Source: a virus. From it: a DNA stretch of 64,000 nucleotides. The notes beneath the pieces are model-generated. The model was not told where the DNA came from. It did not search any database and was given only the letters and a program-made list of their open reading frames with translations. The DNA is taken from positions 32,512 to 96,511 of IMG/VR virus record IMGVR_UViG_3300043570_002836; one strand, given 5' to 3'. Both the position numbers and the translations under genes were made by a program. Below, piece by piece: positions 56,269 through 64,000 of this stretch. Within the stretch, counting starts at the first letter, position 1, and each line of letters begins with the position of its first letter.

Positions 56269-57080
56269 CCTTCAAAAGTTTTTTTAGATTCTTCATATAA
56301 TTCATAAAATACTTCAGGTTTTACCCAATCGTATCTATTTTCTTCATGACCTTTAAGTTTAAAAAACATTTCACCTTCAAGTTCAATGTATTTTTTAACT
56401 TTACCCGTAATCGGGTTTAATATCAAATATTCGTTTATTATCTTCATAGAACAAATATAGTAATTATCTATCAATAAAAAAAGGGGTTAGTAAATAAATT
56501 ACAAACCCCCATTATATATAGGCACTCTGATGAGTGTGATAGTATTAATAAATATATCTATTTTTTTAAAAAATTAACGTTTTAATAACATTAGTTAATA
56601 TTTTTTTGGATTTCAATAGTTCTCAACGATTTTTGTCGTTCATATGTTGAATTAATAGTCATTAATTTAATGTCAGATAACTCATCGGACCATTTAGTTA
56701 AATACGATTCAAATAATCTATCACTCACATTAATGTGGTCAAGTGTTAATGATGAATTTAAAGTTTTTAATACCCATTGGTATTCAGTTTCAATTGAAAT
56801 TATGTTCATAGTTATTTATTTTGTTTTGACATGTGAGATAATAATGATTTTAAATTAACACTCGGATTATCGGTTTTACCTTTAACTTTCTTGGTAGTTG
56901 TGAACTTAATATGTATGAATTTCTTAAAATGGTTATACAATAATACCATAAAATAAATTGGGAATCCAATTACGATTAATAAGATAATGAATAAGAATAT
57001 TTTCATTGTTACAGTTATTTATATTAATTATTGACCAAACCTGAATTTGACCTTATACTGAATTATAGTATATTTTTATT

Positions 57081-57359
57081 ATGAAAAAAGCTTTAGAAGT
57101 TTTATTGAACAAAGTTTTCAAAAAAGATTTAGAACTTCTATATGGGGACGGGTGTTATATTATAGTTAATCGAGTACATTTTTCTCAGTATCAAAAGTGT
57201 TATATGGTTGATTGTAAATTAATGATTCCCAAAGATAATAAACTTGAGGACTTTGAGATAATTTATCCTGATGGATTAAATTATTTAATGAATGAATCGT
57301 GGAAATATATGGTGGTATCAGAAAGTACACAATTTATGTCCACTGTAGACTTTTTTTAG
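57081..57359 (+). CDS. Hypothetical protein
   Basis: 92-aa ORF. Confidence 0.5.
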   Translation: MKKALEVLLNKVFKKDLELLYGDGCYIIVNRVHFSQYQKCYMVDCKLMIPKDNKLEDFEIIYPDGLNYLMNESWKYMVVSESTQFMSTVDFF

Positions 57360-57382
57360 TATATTTGTGAAAAAAACGAACT

Positions 57383-57712
57383 ATGGGAACTTTAGCACTT
57401 GTAAATGTATATAACGAAAACGGGGATAGATTATTCAGTCTACACGTACAACACGATGGTGGTTCATTACTAAAAAAACGATTAGAAAACATTATAGATA
57501 ATGGTCGATTAATCGGTAATTTAGGACTAACAACACCAAAATTAGGTGAGGCGTTTTTAAGTATGGGGTGCTTTGGAGCGTCTTTGGTTGCATTACTCAA
57601 AAATGAGTGTGGGGAGATATATATAACTAATAATACTAATACATTGGGGTTGTACAGTTACACCTACGATATTCGTTTTGACTACGAAACCAATAAAATT
57701 GTATTGAATTAA
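57383..57712 (+). CDS. Hypothetical protein
   Basis: 109-aa ORF with TATATTTG promoter upstream. Confidence 0.55.
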   Translation: MGTLALVNVYNENGDRLFSLHVQHDGGSLLKKRLENIIDNGRLIGNLGLTTPKLGEAFLSMGCFGASLVALLKNECGEIYITNNTNTLGLYSYTYDIRFDYETNKIVLN

Positions 57713-57759
57713 ACTTGATTATTAACAATAATAGACTATAATTACTAAAAAACTAAATT

Positions 57760-58185
57760 ATGAAAAAAGTACAAAATGGTGACACTGTTGTAGTTAATTA
57801 CACAGGAAGACTAGAAGATGGGACTGTTTTTGATTCATCTTTAACTGAAGGAAGAGAACCTTTAAAAGCTCAATTAGGACAAGGTCTTTTAATTAAAGGA
57901 TTTGAAGATGGTATTATTGAAATGACTATCGGTGATAAAAAAACAATTGAAATTGACCCATCAAACGCATATGGTGACGTTAACTCAGAAATGATTGTTG
58001 AAGTCCCAAGAGAACAAATACCTGAAGGTGTTTCAGTTGGTGATATGTTACAAGCTGAAGGACCAATGGGACCTGTTAATGTTAAAGTTGCCGAAATTAA
58101 AGAAGGAACTATCGTAGTTGACGCTAATCATCCTTTGGCAGGACAAAAATTAATCTTTGATTTAGAACTTGTTTCCATTGATTAA
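57760..58185 (+). CDS. FKBP-type peptidyl-prolyl isomerase (SlyD/SlpA-like, no His tail)
   Basis: VNYTGRLEDGTVFDSS, AYG, DANHPLAG. Confidence 0.92.
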   Translation: MKKVQNGDTVVVNYTGRLEDGTVFDSSLTEGREPLKAQLGQGLLIKGFEDGIIEMTIGDKKTIEIDPSNAYGDVNSEMIVEVPREQIPEGVSVGDMLQAEGPMGPVNVKVAEIKEGTIVVDANHPLAGQKLIFDLELVSID

Positions 58186-58320
58186 GACTAAAAAATAGAA
58201 AATCACGAGACCACCAATTAAACACTGGTGGTTCTTTTTTTTTATGGGGGTTTGATTGAATAATCCCCAAAATTTTATTAACTTTAACTAAAAGTTATTA
58301 ACAATCTAAACTAAACGATT

Positions 58321-58656
58321 ATGAAAGAAAAATTTGAAAAAGTAATGTCATTAACAAAACAATTTTTTAAAAACGTCATGGTATATGGTATTGTTATCAT
58401 ATCAGTAATTGCGTCATTCATTGTAGGGTATACGTACCGCAAATTGACAACTAAAACCATTGTACCTAAAACCGAAATGGAAAGGGTTAGAAAGAAAGAT
58501 GTAACATTGGCAATTGATGAAAGTCATCATCTAATCATCATTAACAACAACACAGGGGACTACACTGTCTACCAAGATTCAATAGGTAAAACTATTTTTA
58601 AACTTTACGCAGCGAATGTTTGGGGACAACACAATTCTACTAACACTTTAAAATAA
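58321..58656 (+). CDS. Single-TM membrane protein
   Basis: N-terminal TM; precedes the transglycosylase. Confidence 0.55.
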   Translation: MKEKFEKVMSLTKQFFKNVMVYGIVIISVIASFIVGYTYRKLTTKTIVPKTEMERVRKKDVTLAIDESHHLIIINNNTGDYTVYQDSIGKTIFKLYAANVWGQHNSTNTLK

Positions 58657-58663
58657 AAAACCT

Positions 58664-59221
58664 ATGAAAATTAAAGATTTAACACTAGTCTCATTATTTA
58701 CAGTTTCAATGTTGATTTTATTCACGTCTTTACAATCATTCTACCAAAAATCTGATTTTGAAAAAGAGATTGTGTTGGTAAAGAATCATTCAGATATAAT
58801 AACCCCAACACCAATGTTTATGTATGAAAACATTGAGAAATATTCAAAAAAATATAAAATACCTAAACATATTGCTTACAATATCTCGTTTTTGGAAACT
58901 CGTTATCAAGGACCATTTCATTGGAAATATAACCCACATCAAACATCATGTGTGGGGGCGTTAGGACCAATGCAAATCATGCCAGGAACGGCTCGACTAA
59001 TTCAGAAACATAGTGTACCTAATAATAAGTTGAAAACCGATGTTAGATTAAACATTGAGATTAGTATGAAGTTGTTACGAAAATTACACGACAAATATGG
59101 TGATTGGGAAATTGTTTGTGGTTGTTACAACACAGGAAAACCATTAGTAAATGATTACGCTAGATTTTGTGCTAACACATATGATTACCAAGATAATTGG
59201 GTACGACCAAATAATATTTAA
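58664..59221 (+). CDS. Lytic transglycosylase (SLT domain) with N-terminal signal/anchor
   Basis: LET (catalytic Glu), GALGPMQIMP, YNTG. Confidence 0.82.
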   Translation: MKIKDLTLVSLFTVSMLILFTSLQSFYQKSDFEKEIVLVKNHSDIITPTPMFMYENIEKYSKKYKIPKHIAYNISFLETRYQGPFHWKYNPHQTSCVGALGPMQIMPGTARLIQKHSVPNNKLKTDVRLNIEISMKLLRKLHDKYGDWEIVCGCYNTGKPLVNDYARFCANTYDYQDNWVRPNNI

Positions 59222-59608
59222 TTACTTATAAAGTATTGATTCAGAATCGGGAAAGTCACGTTCAAATTTTTTCATCATGGCTCCTGATTCTGAATTTGCT
59301 TCATCTTCATTCTCACCACCGATATCAGGACCCATATCTCGTTTCTTAACGTCCATCTGATGTTCATGAACCCATTCGTGAGCCAAGGTTCTTAAAATGT
59401 CACGATTCATCCTATTTTTAGATAATATTCGAATGTCATGAGGTAGTCTACTACCTGTGGTCATTTTACCAACTCTTTCACCAAGGAAAGTGATTGTTAA
59501 ATCGTGTTTTAATGGGAATTCCTTCTGAAGGTATTTTATAAATTTATTATAAACTTCTACCTCATCTTTTTTAATTCCTGATTTTTTATGTATAATAGTT
59601 ACTTTCAT
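59222..59608 (-). CDS. Zincin-like metallopeptidase
   Basis: RTLAHEWVH...EDEAN. Confidence 0.6.
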   Translation of the reverse strand: MKVTIIHKKSGIKKDEVEVYNKFIKYLQKEFPLKHDLTITFLGERVGKMTTGSRLPHDIRILSKNRMNRDILRTLAHEWVHEHQMDVKKRDMGPDIGGENEDEANSESGAMMKKFERDFPDSESILYK

Positions 59609-59675
59609 TCTGTTTATAAATATCTTATAATAAACTTTAAGAATAGTAAACTATTTATATATTAAAAGATTAATT

Positions 59676-60437
59676 ATGAAATTTATAATCACAGAATCGC
59701 AAAAAAACAAAATGGTTAAGAAATATTTGAAGGAACAAGATAGTAGTTCTGATGGTGGACTTAGTCTTGGTGACATTGGTAGACAAGCTATTGAATACGC
59801 TAAAAAATTAATTAGAGATAAAGATTCAGGTTCTTCATCATCATCAAATAATGGTAGTTCACATGATGGTGCGTCAAGTACCTCAAGTACTCCAAGTGGA
59901 CCTGTTAGTATTGGTAATGTATCGGCTAAAGGTCAAGAACTATTGAATAATCCAAATTTTAAATCTAAACTTAGTGAAATATCAAGTGCGATTGGTATTG
60001 ATGAGAATTCAATTATTAAGTTGATGCAACACGAATCAGGTTTAAATCCTTCGGTTAAAAATAGTATCGGATGTGTTGGTTTAATTCAATTTTGTCCAGA
60101 TGGTAAGAATGGAACAACTAAAACAATAAGTGGTAAGAAATACTCATTAGAAGATATTAGAACTAATTTAGATACTCAGATGGAGGCCATAAAAGAATTT
60201 TGGATGGCGGGACATAAAAGTGGTAAAATTAAAACACCTACTGATTTGTACATATTCAACTTTTGGCCTGTAGCCGCAGGTAAACCAAATGACTATGTAT
60301 TACAAACAAATGGTATGTCCGCACAAACAGTTGCAAAAGCGAACCCTGTATTTAACAAAAAATTAGGTAAACCTGTTGACACACCATTAACTGTTGGTGA
60401 TTTAAATCAGTACTACCGAACTACAGGAATGGTATAA
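59676..60437 (+). CDS. Virion-associated lysozyme/transglycosylase-like protein with leader
   Basis: MKFIITESQ... leader, Ser-rich linker, HESGLNP...GLIQF. Confidence 0.7.
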   Translation: MKFIITESQKNKMVKKYLKEQDSSSDGGLSLGDIGRQAIEYAKKLIRDKDSGSSSSSNNGSSHDGASSTSSTPSGPVSIGNVSAKGQELLNNPNFKSKLSEISSAIGIDENSIIKLMQHESGLNPSVKNSIGCVGLIQFCPDGKNGTTKTISGKKYSLEDIRTNLDTQMEAIKEFWMAGHKSGKIKTPTDLYIFNFWPVAAGKPNDYVLQTNGMSAQTVAKANPVFNKKLGKPVDTPLTVGDLNQYYRTTGMV

Positions 60438-60635
60438 ACATTAAAAAATATTAGTCATGAAAGATAAAGAAATTGATTTTGTAATATTCGACCCAGCGGT
60501 GAGCCCAACTCAGGATTGGGAATTATATAAACGATTGTATATTGACCCATATCCTGAGAAACAAATAATCTCACATGACACAATTATTGAGTATTCATAT
60601 ATTAAAAAAACCCCTAAACAATAGGGGTTTTTTAT

Positions 60636-60875
60636 TTAAAAGTACCATTTTCCTGTGTGACCGTTTACTTTAGTCATTCGAATAAAAGGTATTTTTTTCA
60701 CTAACGACTTTGGCATTACCAAAGAATCGTATGATACCCATCCAACTGTTTTAAGGATTCTTTTGTCGCCAGCAACAAACATATGATTAACACCGTTATA
60801 CGTAATAAAATCACCACTTTTTACTTCATAAGTAACTCTACCAATCTTAATCGTTTCTACTGTTATTACCGCCAT
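60636..60875 (-). CDS. Hypothetical protein
   Basis: 79-aa ORF followed by a terminator. Confidence 0.5.
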   Translation of the reverse strand: MAVITVETIKIGRVTYEVKSGDFITYNGVNHMFVAGDKRILKTVGWVSYDSLVMPKSLVKKIPFIRMTKVNGHTGKWYF

Positions 60876-61186
60876 CTGTTTTATCTTTAATTGGTTGAAA
60901 AATAATTTGATACCCTTTGAATATATCTTTAATACTTTTCAGGTCTTTGGTAAAACCCTCAATTATTATAATCTGTTTATCTTTTGTGTTTACGATATAT
61001 TTCATAGTCTAAAGATACAAATAATTATCATTTCACAAAGAAGTAAGACAAATAATTTATCTCTTAACTTATAATTATTGTTACCCAAGTCAGGTTTTTT
61101 AACCACACTATGAACTAACAAACAATATGTTACTAACATAATTCCAATTCCAATACTAAACATAATATCTTTCATTTTAAATTAAT

Positions 61187-61528
61187 TTATCGTCTTCTTT
61201 TATGTAATCCATGTCTAATTGATTCCTCAACTAAAACTACCACACCTGTTATAACTAATGTTACACCAATTCTTTGTAAGTTATAAATCTGTGGTTGTGT
61301 CGGTTGTTGTTGATTATACATAACAGGATAAAGTTGGTTAGCGTATAGGTATGTTACACCGCCCCCAATCATAAGAATTGAACCTGTAAAGGTCAAGTCC
61401 ACGTCATTACCACAACCAAATCTCAAACCATAATAACCTAATGGTGAGAATTGTGCTCTACTGAATGATGACATCAGTGTGAATAAGAACACTACCGTAA
61501 TTTGTTTAATCCAAGTTTTCATAGTCAT
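61187..61528 (-). CDS. Secreted/membrane hypothetical protein
   Basis: Signal-like N-terminus plus hydrophobic segments. Confidence 0.5.
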   Translation of the reverse strand: MTMKTWIKQITVVFLFTLMSSFSRAQFSPLGYYGLRFGCGNDVDLTFTGSILMIGGGVTYLYANQLYPVMYNQQQPTQPQIYNLQRIGVTLVITGVVVLVEESIRHGLHKRRR

Positions 61529-62061
61529 TTCAATTTAATTAGTACACTTAATCTATGGTATTTTTTCCAACTGTTTCTAATAATATCAACTTTGAATTCT
61601 AACTCATTCATGGGGATAAATGTATCAATCACTTGTACACCCTCAATTCCTTCATTCATCTTTTTTATTACTCGGTCAAATAAACCACTGTTCTTGTGGT
61701 ATTCATAATAATCTTCGACAAATTTATTGTAAACGTCAACACTTATTTGTTTAACGGCATTCTCACTAGCAATCTTAAAAAACGCTTCGGAATATAATGA
61801 CCACCCTTTTAAACTATCTTTTGGGTATTTCTTAACTTCACGTTTACCACCTGTGATTGTGTTATAGATGTCATACTTTGACATATTAGAATTCTCATCC
61901 AAAATGAACAACTCAGGGTTATAATTAATTGATTTAATCTTATCAATTATTGTTCTCCCGTTACCACCCCATTTTAATCTTGGGGATGTTGCCTTTCTAA
62001 CCCAACCATCACCAATAAATGAATTCTCAAACACAACACCACTTACCGCTCTTTTTTGCAT
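61525..62061 (-). CDS. Hypothetical protein, possible PD-(D/E)xK nuclease
   Basis: G..FE...YDI...EVK spacing. Confidence 0.35.
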   Translation of the reverse strand: MQKRAVSGVVFENSFIGDGWVRKATSPRLKWGGNGRTIIDKIKSINYNPELFILDENSNMSKYDIYNTITGGKREVKKYPKDSLKGWSLYSEAFFKIASENAVKQISVDVYNKFVEDYYEYHKNSGLFDRVIKKMNEGIEGVQVIDTFIPMNELEFKVDIIRNSWKKYHRLSVLIKLK

Positions 62062-62064
62062 ACC

Positions 62065-62370
62065 TTATTTGATATATAATGTTTTTAAATACTCAATGTC
62101 TTGGTCACTTATTAAATCATTAGACGCTTCATTCACCATTGATTGAAACTCAATACCAACATTTTCCAAGGTCTCTCTTAATGTTGTATATCCAATACTT
62201 ATACCTAAGAAAACAACGTTATCAAAATCTATTAATTCAACATCAACATCAATCTCATCACCTAATTCATATACGTGCACTTGATGTACTACAGTCATTG
62301 TAATTGACCCATTATGTAATGTGATATCATTCTCGATATTCACCATTAATGTTTTACTTACTATATTCAT
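62065..62370 (-). CDS. Hypothetical protein
   Basis: 101-aa ORF. Confidence 0.5.
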   Translation of the reverse strand: MNIVSKTLMVNIENDITLHNGSITMTVVHQVHVYELGDEIDVDVELIDFDNVVFLGISIGYTTLRETLENVGIEFQSMVNEASNDLISDQDIEYLKTLYIK

Positions 62371-62600
62371 ATCTTTTATTTTAAAACCATGTATTTAACA
62401 CCATCAACAATTTTAGTAACGTACTTACCACCATCTTTCTTCTCAACCTTTTTAGTTGACTTAGCGGTTTTAGTGTTTTTCTCAGGTTCACCGTATTTCT
62501 CCTTTAACACTTCTCTCATTGAAAATCTTTCCATAACTCTTATCGTTTTTACAAATATAAACAAAAAACCCCAACTTTTACATTGGGGTGTTAATTTTTT

Positions 62601-63431
62601 TTAATTTATTCTGTTTAATACGTCTTTAATTCTTGTGAATGTTTCAACCCCAACAGGTATTGACATTAAGGAAAATAAGAATTGATTAATGTACGCATAC
62701 ATTGCAATTGAATCCCCTTGAGATAAATTTGTGTTATTATGTGTAAACACGATTAATGCCAACACTAAAAAACTAACTCTTGTTCCAATCAATGAAACCC
62801 AATTTTTACCTTGTAATGTTGAACCATAAATCATTATCTTTCTTCGTCTGTTAAAGAAAGATTCAATCTTATCATCATCCCCTTCGGTAATTATACTTAT
62901 TTTATCCTCGTAGTGTGTATGGTTAACACGAGTACTTTGTGATATTTTTTTATAAAAATGGTACACAATAAATGATATTGGTATTACACAAGCCATTGAC
63001 ACAAAACCTGTCATTGGGTGTTCTAAAAATATAAAGATTAATGACCCCACCAATGTTATTATCGCCATTATATAGTAATGAATATCATTCTCTAAAAAAT
63101 TAATCAAATTATTGGTCAACTCAGTTCTGGCAATTTTTGTTGAATTATCGGAATCCTTTGAGTTTTTCAAAAATTTAAGAACAACACTATTATAAATTGT
63201 TGTATACACCTTAGTATCGTAAACCATTCTTCGGTAAATAAAGTAATTTTCAAATACCATAATACCTAAGAAACAATATAACCAATTATAATCATTTTTT
63301 AACAGACCATCAATCATTTTACCCAACACAAAAGGCTCAAGTAAAAATAAAAGTTGTGCGATAAACATATACGTATAAATCAATAGTAACGGATACTTAA
63401 ATTCTTTCGCTATTATGTAAATCTGTTTCAT
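62601..63431 (-). CDS. ABC-transporter transmembrane-domain-like protein (no ATPase)
   Basis: Multiple TM helices; PFVLGKMIDGL pattern typical of ABC exporter membrane domains. Confidence 0.6.
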   Translation of the reverse strand: MKQIYIIAKEFKYPLLLIYTYMFIAQLLFLLEPFVLGKMIDGLLKNDYNWLYCFLGIMVFENYFIYRRMVYDTKVYTTIYNSVVLKFLKNSKDSDNSTKIARTELTNNLINFLENDIHYYIMAIITLVGSLIFIFLEHPMTGFVSMACVIPISFIVYHFYKKISQSTRVNHTHYEDKISIITEGDDDKIESFFNRRRKIMIYGSTLQGKNWVSLIGTRVSFLVLALIVFTHNNTNLSQGDSIAMYAYINQFLFSLMSIPVGVETFTRIKDVLNRIN

Positions 63432-63434
63432 TTT

Positions 63435-64000
63435 TTAATTTGATAATGGAGCTTTGATAGTTCCGTGTGATTGGTAATTCTTAATAACAAAATCAGTGAT
63501 TAAACAACTATTTAAAAACTCATCAATCCCTTCATTAAAATTAACTTGATTAGATATTACTAATGTCGGTAATTCAAATGGTGTTCTCGTTCTTGTCGGA
63601 ATATTAAATTCATCACAAACTTTTGTGAATTCTTCATCACTCATTCCTTCCTGTATCTTAGACAAATCTAATTTGGGGTTTTCATAACACATACAAACTC
63701 TTTCATCAACTCGTAATTCTCTACCAATTTGTTCTTTTGCTTGTTCAATATGATTTGAATATAGATGAGTATCACCCAAGTTTCCAATCAATTCATCAGG
63801 AACCATATTAACTGTTTTAGCAATGATTTCCAATAACAATCCATAAGATGCGATGTTAAATGGTAAACCTAAAAATGTATCTACTGAACGTTGATTCCAC
63901 ATTAATGAGATTGCTCGTTTAGGGATATTAATAGAATCATAGTATTCCATAACATTTCCTATACCATCATAACATAATAACCCTTTGTATTTTTTTAAAA
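63435..64000 (-). CDS. thyA: Thymidylate synthase, C-terminal part (5' end outside the window)
   Basis: WNQRSVDTFLGLPFNIASY, GDTHLYSNH, IKAPLSN; frame open to the window edge. Confidence 0.93.
   Translation of the reverse strand, partial: LKKYKGLLCYDGIGNVMEYYDSINIPKRAISLMWNQRSVDTFLGLPFNIASYGLLLEIIAKTVNMVPDELIGNLGDTHLYSNHIEQAKEQIGRELRVDERVCMCYENPKLDLSKIQEGMSDEEFTKVCDEFNIPTRTRTPFELPTLVISNQVNFNEGIDEFLNSCLITDFVIKNYQSHGTIKAPLSN

Noticed and set aside
1-64000. Stop-codon recoding or suppressor tRNA
   Set aside because: Conserved genes are intact under the standard code, TAA, TAG and TGA all terminate genes, and no CTA, TTA or TCA anticodon was found.
1-64000. CRISPR array or rRNA genes
   Set aside because: No regularly spaced repeat-spacer units and no rRNA signatures were seen.

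Overview
AT-rich segment of a large T4-like (jumbo) dsDNA phage that probably infects Bacteroidota, judged from recurrent TAnnTTTG -7 promoter boxes and a tmRNA tag starting with Gly. It uses the standard genetic code. Contents: portal and terminase large subunit, many acidic putative head proteins sharing an N-terminal 'MKKVIRLTESDLxRIVKRVIxE' leader, ClpC, DnaK, an FKBP-type PPIase, tmRNA, an ~830-nt GOLLD-like RNA, 27 tRNA genes covering all 20 amino acids, RNA-repair enzymes, several peptidoglycan hydrolases, a two-component system and the 3' part of thyA. Main candidate for a new system: 26 of the tRNAs form two arrays, and each array is preceded by a short unannotated leader-peptide ORF, an intrinsic terminator and a complementary antiterminator segment. 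The core codons of each leader match the anticodons of the tRNAs in its own array, down to isoacceptor level (AGA vs CGC for Arg, ATA vs ATT for Ile). This suggests ribosome-mediated attenuators that sense depletion of specific host tRNAs and switch on the matching phage replacements. All calls come from reading the sequence by eye; no database searches were run.
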